Below are positions 1-11,619 of a stretch of DNA of 34,671 bases, piece after piece. Source of the DNA: Nemertoderma westbladi. Taxonomy: Eukaryota > Animalia > Xenacoelomorpha. Below the pieces are notes generated by a model. The model did no database searches, was not told where the DNA came from, and was given only the letters and a program-made list of their open reading frames with translations. The position numbers and the translations under genes are program-made. The DNA lies in assembly GCA_032718475.1 (NCBI GenBank), contig JAUCBJ010004716.1:1-34671 (forward strand). The letters are read 5' to 3'. Numbering within the stretch: the first letter of the stretch is position 1; each line of letters opens with the position of its first letter.

Positions 1-427
1 AAGACAGTAAAGAAAGAGCCAATACTTTGACATATTAATCTAGTTATATATATTCAGATGCTTCATTTAGTTATGATGGTAGTGTTGGAGGCTATTTTAT
101 TATATGGGGAAATTCTTTGATTGCATGGAAAAGCCACAAGTTGAGAAGGATTGCAAGAAGTGCCGAAGCTGCGGAATGTTTGGCTATGGCAGAAGCAGTT
201 GATCTTGGCATATATATTAACGAAATGGGTACAAGAACTGACTGGTCGAACTCTCAAATACACCAATCCACTGATAACAAATCTTGTATTCCTGTATTTC
301 AAATGGTTCTCCTCCAACAGAAAAGCGCTTGCAAATCGACCTTGCATCCATTCGCGAAGTATTACGAGAGCCAGATGGTGAAGTTCATTGGGTTGCGTCC
401 ACTGAGATGTGGGCTGATGGTCTAAGA
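1..427 (+). pseudogene. Ty1/Copia (GalEa-like) Pol C-terminus, RNase H domain, frameshifted
   Basis: The frame from 51 reads YSDASFSYDGSVGGYFIIWGNSLIAWKSHKLRRIARSAEAAECLAMAEAVD...TDNKS. The shifted frame (ORF 284..484) gives EKRLQIDLASIRE...HWVASTEMWADGL. These are the YxDAS, WKS..RS...AE, TDxKS, KRLxID and W...AD.L motifs of Copia RNase H; KRLxID(L/I) is typical of the GalEa clade. Confidence 0.88.
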
Positions 428-432
428 AAAAT

Positions 433-444
433 AAAGAGGAGGAA
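433..444 (+). promoter_or_regulatory. Polypurine tract of the Copia element
   Basis: AAAGAGGAGGAA directly after the RNase H end and directly before TGTGA at 445. Confidence 0.75.
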
Positions 445-650
445 TGTGATTATTAAGTTTATGACTCACTTATTATCATTGTAGGCCAACCGGTACTGCT
501 GTATCAAGAGACGAGTTCTTGCAGTATCTAGTCGTTGGTGTTGGATGGCCTTGGTGTTGGGTTTGTACTTTGGACTATGCTGTACCGGTATTGCTGTACT
601 ATATTGATTGACTGACTCACCTATTATCGTTAACTATATTATATTTCACA
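445..650 (+). repeat. Probable 3' LTR (206 bp) of the Copia element
   Basis: Starts TGTGA right after the PPT and ends TCACA (inverted 5-bp termini). The short length fits GalEa-type LTRs. The partner LTR is outside the window. Confidence 0.65.
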
Positions 651-943
651 ATGATTATTATTATTACAATATGATGTTATATAAATTTAAACAGCAGTAC
701 TTGTAACAAATAATGTGCCCTGTTGCAATTGATATTATGAAGGAAACCCCATATTTCGAGGCATTCTGCAATTTTTCATATTCCCCTTTGCCAGATTTTC
801 GTAATTCGAACAATTCTTTCCAGCCACCAGACTTGGTAGTGTCATAACATATGAAAATGAATCTGCTGTAGATTTCTTGCATCCAGAACATAGCCATGCT
901 AGAACACATCGAACATTGACCTCAGCAACTAATTTCGACATAC

Positions 944-1093
944 CATATATGCAGGTCTTGTGTTTGTTGAAAATATCCAATTGCAGTTTTGACACTCGGC
1001 TGGGTAAGAAACGTTATAGCCGGCTACAATGTTGCTGGTAATATTCACATTTGGTTCCACACAGCTTTGATGGTGGATTTTTCTTAGTAAATC
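944..1093 (-). CDS. Candidate downstream exon (Cys-containing, extracellular-like) of the host gene
   Basis: 150-nt open phase-0 segment DLLRKIHHQSCVEPNVNITSNIVAGYNVSYPAECQNCNWIFSTNTRPAYM between ttttcaag| and |gtatgt. Phase-compatible with the 2113-1987 exon, but no domain recognised with confidence. Confidence 0.3.
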
Positions 1094-1986
1094 CTTGAAA
1101 ATATCAACTGAAACTATATTATAACCGCCAAAACTTCCGGTTTACTCCAAAATTGGCAAATTTTCAGCAATTGATGTACCAGGCTTGTGAATATGTACTG
1201 TACTTAACTGTACCTCCCCGCAGCACTTCACGTTGTTGCTTTTTGCGTTTGGGAATTTCTGATGAAGATGTTACAATCAAATTGTAATAAATAAATGATA
1301 AGTAAAAGTTTCTTAGATCTGTAGATAGTAGTACAGGACAGTGTAGCACGCCTATCTAGCAGACAACAAATTAATCTAATAAATAAACTAATGAATGGTA
1401 GATTCTCCACTAAAATCGTGCTGAAATAAACGTTGAAAACTACAAATATCCTGCCTTCCATGAGCGGTATGAGCATCAGCATGAGCTCATATTTATACAT
1501 TTAGGAATATCTGACTGAACTTTATTGAAGTAAAATTTTCAAAGTACCTAGCCTACCTACTACTGTAGTTCATAGAAGGTACTAGGCCACGTACTGTAAA
1601 TATTCTGCAGGCTTACCATTACATTGCAACCCTGCATGCATTCAGCTGTCTGCATTTACTGACTGAACTTTTACAAATGTGAAGTACTGACGGTACAGTT
1701 TTCACATCTACCTGTACAGCAGCAACAGTAGGCCTACCAATCATGCAACTACTAATAAATGTTGTTTGAATTTACCGCTACACTGAGATTGAAATAAATG
1801 TGAGACATTTTGAATTAGGTCTTCTGTAAAATTATTGTTATGAAAATTTGTAAATATTTGGATAAATTTCCACATTTACCGCAAATTTGTTGCGTAAAAT
1901 AAAGTCATAGTCATTTTTTTAAACCAAAATCGTAACGTTCCCATTAAAACAAACTTTATTTTATTTTTCAAAATACTGATACTAAC

Positions 1987-2113
1987 ATAATCATTTACAC
2001 GTTTGAAGGATGTTAAAGCATCATTTGGTAGTGGGAAAAACCTATCCCAATAAGGATAATATCCGGGATTTAGAACTGTGCTTCTACCTGGATCTAATGC
2101 AGTATAGGAGTGC
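1987..2113 (-). CDS. Exon of beta/gamma-crystallin-domain protein (second Greek-key motif)
   Basis: Acceptor ttttattttctattttag|G, donor |gttagt. Encodes (Q)HSYTALDPGRSTVLNPGYYPYWDRFFPLPNDALTSFKRVNDY, matching the GR..VL.PG.YP...ND.(I/L)(S/T)S.(R/K).V crystallin pattern. Joins the upstream exon in frame (CA|G = Gln). Confidence 0.82.
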
Positions 2114-2409
2114 CTAAAATAGAAAATAAAACTCATAAGTAATTATTTATATTTTACTTTTTCAACTGCTTATCGTTTATTATTCGGTAACATAATAAGT
2201 GGGGATAATAAGCAAAGATATCAAAGATAAATGAAATTCATAATTTTTTAAAAATTTGTAAAAATGTTGCTAACAACTATCCAAACTTAGTTTTCTTAGT
2301 AAAAGATAACAGATCATTGAGTTAAAGTTTCAGAATATTAGCTTTAGAATTAACAAATAAATATATTTGGGGAAATGGTCCCCTTCTTATATATCTTGAT
2401 TGACGTAAC

Positions 2410-2552
2410 TGATATAGAACCCACTGTCCACCGGTCACGATAACTGAAGACATTTCTTCTGGATACCCAAATGTTTGTATGTTCGGTAAGGAAGTGGTTG
2501 ACCTCACCATACGCAAACCATAACAACCTGCTTCAAATATCGAGATACCATC
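2410..2552 (-). CDS. Exon of beta/gamma-crystallin-domain protein (first Greek-key motif)
   Basis: Acceptor ttatttcag|GAT. Encodes DGISIFEAGCYGLRMVRSTTSLPNIQTFGYPEEMSSVIVTGGQWVLYQ, the I.IFE...(F/Y).G......PN....G....SSV.V..GxWVLY crystallin signature. Donor |gttacg gives phase 2, matching the next exon. Confidence 0.85.
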
Positions 2553-3713
2553 CTGAAATAAATATAGAAATATAAACAAATTACATATTCCGCCAGGGTT
2601 ATTATGTCAGAGGCCTATCACAATCGAATACCCCGAATACCTAATACACCCATAGAGCGACTGCGTAGTCAAACATAATCATACCCAACTCCGTATCCGG
2701 CACATCATGCATCCCCTCCTAGTGATAAAGATGCGCCAAAAGTGCAACCATTTACTCCACCACAGATACACACGAGCGCCACACCATCCAACACGTTGAG
2801 AACTGCCACAAACATAATGGTAAACAGTTTTTTCTTCAGCCGTTGGCCAGGGATTACGCACTAATTCTGACGACTTGTTTCCAGTGCGGTACTTTGTGAA
2901 GTTTAGAGTTCAATAGTTGTTGTAAATTCAATGCCACTAGACCAAGTTGGGGCTGATTGATTAACTGCTACTCGATATATTTATATCTACATAGTATGTT
3001 CACATGTATTCAGTTTGATTGATTGATTGATTGTTTTTACTTACACCATAAATATAGCATACTGGATGTAGATACAAATTACATAACAACAAAATACATA
3101 TTAATCTCAACATCATAGCCTTATCTACAGTTGAGAGATTATGGAAACAGGTAATTCTCCCGGTGTCGACTTATGGATGCAGTGTCTACACGTTCGTGGG
3201 GCCTTCGCGCAGCACGAGGCCCAGTTACGAGATACAAATAAAAATTGAGCGACTGTATCACAATATCAGGTTTTGAGAAATTTACCCACACCACCAATCA
3301 ATCAAAGAAAGGGGGACAATACGTGTTCACCCCTTTTAATCTGCCTTTTAACCTTTTAATTTTTAAACTTTTGCCCAACAACATGTGTACCAAGTTTGGA
3401 TAGATAAATTGAACATTGAAGATAAATTGAACACTGCAAAAAAAGCGACAGATCAACAGAACGACAGGTTGATTAATGGTACCCCTACGCTAAGGCTCAC
3501 TCACTTCGTGGCTCGCCCCACAGTGTGGAGCCAGAGAATGTCAGCTGTCTACCACATGTACAATGGGGTACACGACTCAAATTCAAAACCAGATGAATTA
3601 GATGCAATAACATCACAGAAACACAATGGCGTTTACAGAATTCAATAAGATGCTAAAATAGCTGAGATATTTGTGTTTTCAGTTTAAAAATTATTCAAAA
3701 TATGAAAACGATC

Positions 3714-4877
3714 TGTGATTGGTAGTGACGTCACTATATGCCTCCGAATTCAATTTATATCAACATTCAGATACCTTATACAATCTTTGTATAAATAGGG
3801 GCAGTTTGTTGCTGCAGGGACCGCTACGGTATATTAGTACTGTAGTACAGCAGTCACCGGTACAAGCCCTGCAGCATTGTATACTTGCTTATTTATATGG
3901 CGAAAGGAGAGTAAACTGGACAACTGCAAGGCACAAGGAGGAGCGAACAGGGGTTCCTGGAACAATGGCAAGGAGGAGCCTATATGGCGAATGGGAGTAC
4001 CTGGAGCCGTGAGCCGGAACGCCCGATGAGAATTTCCCATTAAGCCTACTACGACGGTACGGTACTGACAAAGGAAGAAAATGATGTACGTATAGGCCTA
4101 CATAGATATTATGACGTGATGTGGCGGGTTCAGGCAAGAGGAGAATGACATTGTATCTGTACGGTCCGTATCAGATGTGTAGTCAAGGAGGAATCGACCA
4201 ACGGTTAGTGTTGACGCTCATCATGAGGGTCTGAGGATGAGTGTGTGATTCGACAAAATGTGGAACTAGTGGCGACGTAGTCGCTTATGTATTGCTGCAA
4301 AGCGCTGTTAGAAATGACTGAACGTTGAACGATGTTTGGTTGCCTAGCCAGCTAGCAGAGTTGGTTAAACTATCTTACTAGAAAGCATTCCGCGTAGAGA
4401 CACGAGATTGCCATTCGGGCTCTGCGAGTTATATCCCAACCGCTTTCGTTGACTCGGACTGCCCACATTAGAGTATCGATTCCATCGATTGGATTTAGTG
4501 CACTTCTACCAGAAGATTGGATTATAATATATAGAGAGACTGATTAATACGGAATACACATTTCAGAGTCATTGAATGTTCATGGATTATTTATTCTAAC
4601 AGCCCATGTGATGAATACCAGGATTTCACTTTTCGGTCGACTTTTTATTAGAATTTTATATATGGAGATTTTTTATTTTTTTTAATTTATCTTTATTAAG
4701 TGTTTTATAGCGCTTATTTCTGTCTTATAACCTGTACAGTACATATACTAATTCGTTTATTGTTTTGGTTAGATTCGGCCCTTCTGTAACCTGTGTTTTT
4801 AGTGAAAACCTGGTATTCTTCACATAGGGTAAACTGCAAAGTGAAATATAACGGCAGAAAGTCTGGTATTCTTCACA
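3714..4877. repeat. Possible LTR-like repeat (~1.16 kb) flanking element A
   Basis: TGTGA...TCACA termini, TATAAATAGGGG near 3790, followed by TGG at 4878, and a 16-bp direct repeat CTGGTATTCTTCACAT at 4810 and 4863. No second copy or TSD in the window, so unproven. Confidence 0.25.
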
Positions 4878-4886
4878 TGGGCCATT

Positions 4887-5994
4887 TGTTCGCGCTTTCA
4901 GACCTTTAGCAGTTTAACCTGCCAATCTTAATTGTCCTTTTGATTATGAATCGACTTTAGCCCTTACCAATTACCTGGTGTACGTGTGCCTTTATTCGGG
5001 TTTTTATGCGTGTACGCATTACCCACGGTGTGGGAGACTGGATTCGGGTTCCTTGGGAAGTATTGCAGTGTAGACCTACTATCGTATTATTTGATTGATC
5101 GCTACTATATAATCTCTGACAGCTATATTTACTTTCGGGGAAATATTAACAGTTCCTTTAGGACGTGGCGCTTTAAGTATAAAAACAGAGTTATGGCTTA
5201 TACTAATCACAACTAGATGGCCACAGAATTTCGTAAATAGCGCATTCTTTAGGAGATGCTTTATTAACCTTCACGCTACTTCATACGACTTCACACTACT
5301 TTACACTACTTCACACTGATTTGCCGACTGAATCTGATCATATATAAGGAGGATTGCAACTGACACACGTAGGGATTATGAAATAGCATTTAAATCACAC
5401 AAAACCACTATAATTTAAGTCGCAGTTGCTACCGGTAGACCCTTTCTCTTACCTCAGTAATCAATAAGATTGGGGTTTATGATTATTTATCGGTATTCTC
5501 CAAATATAACATCTATTAGTATAAAAAACAATTAATACTATATAAAACAGCAGTAAAACATTGCGGTGAACGGTCAGTATGTATTCAGTCATATGAAATA
5601 AGTCAAGATAGATGATCTGATGTGAAATGAATTAAGCAGGATAATAGATTTACGTTCTTATAACCAAGGCCATCAGATGTTCCTGGGCCAAAGTCTGAAA
5701 CTTCTGTACAGAACCACGGAATTCTGAGCTGAATCGAATTCTCAGAAAAATAATAACCATAATGCATTGCGCGAGTTTCTCAGGTAGGTCTCTGTTGGCC
5801 TAACAGTGAAGATTGCTCTGATTGGCTAAAAGCCCGAACAAAGAGAGCTCCATGTACACAGAGAATCAGCTGACAGATTTCGTCATCTTGGTTCTGATTT
5901 CTTTCCAACTGTAGTTGAATGATTTTAGGGTTATTTTAGAGTATTCTGCGCATTGCAGGAAAAATGACTTGTTATGTCCGCAAAAGCTTTTACA
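4887..5994 (-). repeat. 3' LTR of element A (1108 bp)
   Basis: TGTTCGCGC...TTTTACA on the + strand; roughly 96% identical by eye to the split copy at 21072-21244/33790-34671, apart from two replaced blocks. Confidence 0.95.
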
Positions 5995-6003
5995 CCGCTC
6001 CCA
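5995..6003 (-). promoter_or_regulatory. Polypurine tract of element A
   Basis: Minus strand TGGGAGCGG immediately before the 3' LTR start TGTAAAAG. Confidence 0.7.
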
Positions 6004-6071
6004 GAAAATGGGATTTAAGTCTATAAAATATAAAAATCACAGTTTCTAAAATACAAAAATACTCTAAACTA

Positions 6072-7439
6072 TTAGTCCTTCTTTCGTGAACGGCGTTTAC
6101 GAAGTTTTTTGAGGCTAGTAAGAGTCTTTTTCTCTTTGGGGCGAGCCACTTTACTAGGAGGGCTATAACTCCTGGGTGAGGGGTGCAATACAATCGCATC
6201 GGAAGGTTTCGGATTACGGTCGGTGTATCCGCCGGTCGAGGTACCCGGTTGATCAACGTCAACATCGGTGGAACGAGGTCGAACAACCTTTAGAGCGCGT
6301 TTCAGGACAGCAGCTCTTACTGGTCCCTGACGGGTCGTTTGCACGATAGCGGTAGGTTAACCGTGTGTAGTGAGAAATTTCCTCGGTTTGATGGTTCTTT
6401 CCAACTCGCATTCTCTGGCTTTATATTCATATGGTCGTCTATGAACTTCTCGTAGCTCTGGATGCGAGTTTATGAACAAGTCACCGTATTCCGGATCTTG
6501 ACGGATGAAGTTGATCAAGTTATAGGAATTCAGCTTATTACGATTAATATTCCTAAGATACTTGCGAACAAATTTAGTTGAAATATTCTCGCCAACACGC
6601 TTCATCAGCTCGTAGCCAGGAGTGCGAGATTTTTGCTCGACAGAAGCAAAGAGATAGGGGTGAAAAGCATAGACTCCTTCATATGCACGTCCGGGGTAGT
6701 ATCGGTGACGTGATTCGCAGTGGAGATCAGCGTTAGCTTCCCAAGCTCTGATGTAACGCAGGGCAACTAATTCGTCTACGCTCTCTAGATCTTGGTTGAA
6801 AGGGCAATCGAAACTTGCGTGTCCTTTGAACTGACAATGGTGACATTGAGTCATAAATTGAGGACAGACTTCGAAGATATGTAGGTTATTGAGTCTACAA
6901 TACGCACAATAAATCTCCATAGCAGGTTGATCTTTAAAGTAAGAGCAGGGTTCGCTGGAGTCCACCGGTGTAAAGTAATCTCGTGACGCACATGATCGAC
7001 AACGTTTCCTAGAAAGATAATTGGCATGCCGATAATCGTATGCTGTGAAACATTGTGGACCTTGATATCATTCTAGGACGTAGTCGTTGTCACTGCTCCT
7101 AGGCGCTGTGGGTTGAATCTCCTCGGACTCTAAGCAAATTGGTTCGTCTTCCAATTGCATAGCTGAGATAGGTGTAGCTGTCTCCTCAAGCGAACCCACT
7201 GTTTGAACTTCCACGATAGAATAACCTGTGGGGATTCGGGGTCTTTGTATGACAGAGGAATGTAAGTTCTGTATACAAACGTCCTTGAAAATGGCGAATC
7301 CAGCGCTGTCCAACTTCTCAGCAGCTGAGTCTCTTAAGCTGAGCTTGGTCAGAGCGCGGTCCTTGAACTGACTATCAACGTTGCGGAACGGAGTCAGAAA
7401 GCGCCTAAAGCATTCAAATCGAATGAATTTATTGTGTTC
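6072..7439 (-). pseudogene. Accessory ORF of element A: zinc-knuckle protein with basic C-terminus (two premature stops)
   Basis: ORFs 7068..7313, 6357..6965 and 6072..6344 share one frame, separated only by TGA (7070-7068) and TAA (6359-6357); the frame is open upstream to 7439 (456 codons). Contains CAYCRLNNLHIFEVC and CHHCQFKGHASFDC and ends KKLRKRRSRKKD. Confidence 0.75.
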
Positions 7440-8231
7440 CTAATATGTCTTCCATTGATGATATAGGGCAAGGGAAAGCCTATGTCATATACTCAGAAAT
7501 AGTCAGAAATACGATCTCAGTAGGAGGATTCAACATTCGATGGCTATCTCCAACTGAATTTATTACCAAGCACTAAGGGAGGTGAACAACCAGATTTATG
7601 ACACGTAATGGTACCAGTTGTTCATAGACTATTATGGTGTCCTTTCAGTCCTTGAATCAATGGCCATGGACTTGAGGAAATTATTGGTAGTTGATTATCC
7701 AATCAATGACAAGAGGGGTAGAAGTTGATATTATAAATACCAACATAATGGTGCATGGATATGAGGCATGGATACCAATATAAGCATCCAGATCAATAGT
7801 AAAGGATGGGGAGGTTTGGTGGGAGGAGGTATGATTAATACCACGATACGACAATGATTAGTCGATATTCTCCAGTAAACTCCAAGCGCGTTGGGTAGAG
7901 AAGATGGGAGGGGGAGGGTTTCTCTATCAATGTCTTGTATCCTCTATAATGATGGGTAGAGGGAGAGTAGTGGTAGGTAGGTAGGAGGAGGCATATGGGA
8001 ATATTTTCTATAAGATACCACAATGGACATGTTTTCCTTTCACGTCATTACTTACTCTTTATTGTGACACTGATCACAATAATTGCAGGAAGAGGATAAG
8101 GTAAGAGGAAGTTACAGCCTCCCGCAGGAGACCGCCCGCGAGCACCCGCACCCCGGGGAAAACTATTCACATGAGGGATCCTTGACATTAATGTATGGTT
8201 TTTCTCCAGCTGATTTTCCTCCACTTGTCTT

Positions 8232-8630
8232 TCACAAACATTCTTCCACATTCTCTCTTTCGAATCGATTTCGAATAGAATTTTCATGTTCAATTCTCAG
8301 TTTATCATTCCGACTCTGCTGGGCATGATATTTAAATAGAATAATTTCCCGTTCAGTGTCTACATCATCCATATTGTGTAAATCGATAGGATGACCAGTA
8401 GTTAAGAAGTCCATATCCGTACCATTACGATGCGTATAGCAAGCGGTGAATTTTCTATAGTCCAATTCACGCTTTAGCTGTTCCTTTGACATTGACGGTT
8501 CGATATAATGGCCATCGTCTTCCGTAGTATGTTGACTAGCGTCGCCGCTTATTAAACTATCAACAAACGCTAGCAGTGGTAGGGTATATCGCTCCCTGAT
8601 ACCAAGATCATCTTCTATCAACTCAGTCAT
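8232..8630 (-). pseudogene. Protein-like ORF fragment in element A's 3' region, probably the upstream part of the accessory gene
   Basis: 132 aa of globular-looking composition (MTELIEDDLGIRERYTLPLLAFVDSLISGD...), same strand and frame as 7439-6072. Sequence from ~8870 looks like a frameshifted upstream continuation. No family recognised. Confidence 0.5.
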
Positions 8631-9484
8631 AGCTGCTATATGAGTTTATTGATATTAGAGTTAATAATAATTAGGCTAGCGGTCATCGCTGCCTCCCTCT
8701 CAGTGCCCCCGGACAGCGCAAGATCCTCAGCGCTGATGTACCGTCGTCGCTGTGCCTCTCGCCAATGTAGTAGCTACACAACGACAACAATAACCAGCGC
8801 GAGTCACTCCACTGTCTGTCCCAAGGACTTAGATATACTGGAGGTACTTGCTACAGAGGCAGGGTAACTTTCACAACTGCGACTCGCTACTGTAAACACA
8901 CTTTAGTAGTAACATTCAACTATAAATACACAAATTCCACATTCCTGTCACAATTTGTACAAATTCGGGCCATTTGTCCGATAGTCAAATGCCTTCCAGA
9001 ATGCCACGTTATTATTATGTATCCCTGGATACTAGAAAGGTGCTATTTATTCCGCATGCTATTCAATGGGTCAAGCTTTCTATTGTTCTTTTAACTCACT
9101 TCTAATTCTAGTGTGGTTGTTACTATGGTGACATTATGCAAAGCTAGCGGTATACAGATCTGGGATGCTATTTAATAGTGATTCTTTAATTGTCAATATT
9201 CCCCTTATACATTATTTTATGAATTTTATCGGCTATTGACCGTACACTGGAGATTCTCTCATACTGATATACTTAATAGGGTGAATCTCCACTCCCATGA
9301 TCTATTAATGAATGTAATTTTGGGAATGTTTATAAATTGTATAAAATGACAATTTATCAAATTCATGAGAGGATATGAATTTAAAATTTATTCCCGTGAA
9401 ATTAATTATTTGATATTTAAATGGACGTGGTTTTATTCCAGAACATGTCTGGGGACTAGGATCCCTAATTCCAGAATTTGTCTT

Positions 9485-10926
9485 TTAACCCTATTAAACC
9501 CGGGGGGGGGGGGGGGGGGGGTCAATATGACCCCCCCCCCCCCGTGGTTTTTTTATTATAATTCTGAAACAAACGCAGTTGGGAATCTGAAATTTTATGA
9601 CTTTTCCTAAAAATCTATTGCCTTCCTAGAAGTGAAAACCGTTTTCAAAAATATTGGGTACTTTTCGAGTTATAGCACCATTTTTTAACCCTACTTTTTG
9701 CACTTTTTTTGAGACGTTTTTTGAAAATTACATTTCATTAAATATGAATTGTAACATCTCTATTTTTGATTTACACCGGTTTTTTGGTGTTAGAAATTGG
9801 ATGGAATTCATATAAATTGATTTAGAAATTTCAAACTTGTTTTTTTCGGTGGGTGCCAAATTTTGGTGCCAGCACCAAATTTTGAAATAAGTCAATTTGG
9901 TAAATTGATTGTTTGAAAGTTGTTTTTTACGCAATTGGGGTTTTTTGGGGTTCTGGATTCGATGAAATATATACGAGTTGCACCAAGCGTATCAAACTTG
10001 TATTTTTCGGTGCTGTGTGCAAATTTTGGTGCTAGCACGAAATTTTGAAAATCCATTCAATAGATAAAATTGCTTGTGACTATTTATTTCTTGCGTTTTA
10101 AAGGTTTATGGCTGTTCTGAATTCAATGGAAAATATAATTATCTAACTAGACATCTCAAACTTGTATTTTTCGGATGTGGGTGCAAAATGTGGTGCTAGC
10201 ACCAAATTTTGAAAACCATCAAATATATCGCTTGTTTCTTGCGTTATACGGGTTTGTGATGGTTCTGAATTCAATGGAATCAGTAAAAATTTCATAAGAG
10301 TTCTCAAACTTGTATTTTTAGCCGGTGGGTGAAAATTGTTGTGCCAGCACCAAATTTTGGAAAATATGCAAATTGATAAGTAGATAGTATCACCTTGTTT
10401 CTTGCGTTATATGGGTTTATGAGGGTACTGAGACCGATGGAATCAATAAAAACAGCACTGGACATCGCAAACTTGTACTTTTTGGTGATGGGTACGAAAT
10501 TTGGTGCTAGCACCAAAATTTGCCAAATTACGCCGAAAAATACAAGTAGCAATGATCTGGCATATTAGAAAAGTATTCCATTAGAATCAGCGCCCTCGAA
10601 AACCTGAAAATGTGAATTTATAGCATCGTATAAGTGAATTAACAATTTTGTGTTCTAACTGAAAAGTGCTGGTTACTTGTTTTTTTCATTTTTTTCCTAC
10701 ACAGAGAGGACTAAACAACCATTTATAGTAATCATATCATTTTTAAATATTTTCCAATGTATTTTGCACCCCAGAAAACCTGTATTGAAAAATAATTAGC
10801 CGAAAATGTAACTTTCAAATTTTGTGAAAATTGTGCACTACTTGTAATTTTGGTGTTGCAATATAACCACCCCAGTACATAGCGATATCTTAATTGACTT
10901 GAACTTCAGATGGTCAAAGGGTTTAA
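9485..10926. mobile_element. Non-autonomous piggyBac-like DNA element (or remnant) inserted in element A
   Basis: Left end TTAA-CCCTATT followed by a G-run/GTCAATATGAC/C-run palindrome; possible right end AGGG-TTTAA at 10918-10926. Very AT-rich, non-coding, with an internal tandem array. The TIR match is only ~4-5 bp, so the right boundary is uncertain. Confidence 0.5.
9740..10560. repeat. Diverged tandem array, ~5 units of ~150-163 bp with a palindromic core
   Basis: CAAACTTGT anchors at ~9832, 9993, 10156, 10305 and 10468, each followed by an AAATTTTGGTGCYAGCACCAAATTTT-like inverted repeat. The inter-core sequence is also homologous. Confidence 0.9.
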
Positions 10927-11619
10927 CAGATTTATCTGAAGATTTATTAACAGATTTATTTAATAGATTCGTTTAACAATACTATCAATATTAATAATAT
11001 TTGTTAATATTTTGAACTTCAATGCTATGTTAAATGGACATCATTCTACTATATGTATTATTTAAAATACGGTATGAGAGCAATATTGCAAGAAGCAATG
11101 TCAGTGAGAAGAGGCAAGTCGTTTCCAAGGTCTACCCAGAGCTTGGTTTAGCCGAGACACGAGATTCTGAACTTTGCATTCCTAATACTCTACTTACCAA
11201 TAATACTTAAGCATAGTAGGGGCGGTATTTTGTACTTTTAATAAGTACGGACATTTCATCTTACTCTAGTCACGTATTTATAGTATGATACGGACAGTAA
11301 GGAAAGAGAAAATGAATTATTTCTCGCCGTTAAACGAAATATCTTATACTAAGTAATTAAGTAATAAAACACGAATATATTGCACTAATCTACTGAATAA
11401 TCGATAAAATATCATTCTACTAAATAAAATTAAAGAAAACGATTATAATAATAAAATTACATAGTAATACATACATAAATATAAAAATAAAAAATAAAAT
11501 AAAATATTCACACCGTACACTCCGTTCACTCCGTACGCTGTTACGCTGTCCCTAGATGTTTGTTGGATTTGGGAGGTGGTCGTGGGAAGGGTCTCTTGCC
11601 TTCCATAGTTACCGGACAA

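Noticed and set aside
2679-2861. First exon of the crystallin gene
   Set aside because: A hydrophobic frame (MFVAVLNVLDGVALVCIC...) exists but hits TGA, and I found no phase-0 donor to join it to 2552.
3190-3520. Helentron/HINE-like short repeat (TGTGTACCAAGTTTGG..., terminal stem-like GGCTCACTCACTTCGTGGCTCGCC)
   Set aside because: Resemblance only; no boundaries or second copy in the window.
7068-7070. Stop read-through or selenocysteine in the accessory ORF
   Set aside because: The element has many other random stops including TAA, and no SECIS is evident; simple decay explains it.
6072-8870. env gene in element A
   Set aside because: No convincing signal peptide, fusion-protein Cys pattern or C-terminal TM segment in the recoverable frames.
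8967-8977. GGGCCATTTGT shared with the left junction of A (4879-4889)
   Set aside because: An isolated 11-mer with no structural role at an internal position; treated as chance.
9830-10530. CRISPR-like array of palindromic repeats
   Set aside because: The 'spacers' are ~130 bp and homologous to each other, the repeats are degenerate, there are no cas genes, and the context is eukaryotic. It is a tandem satellite.
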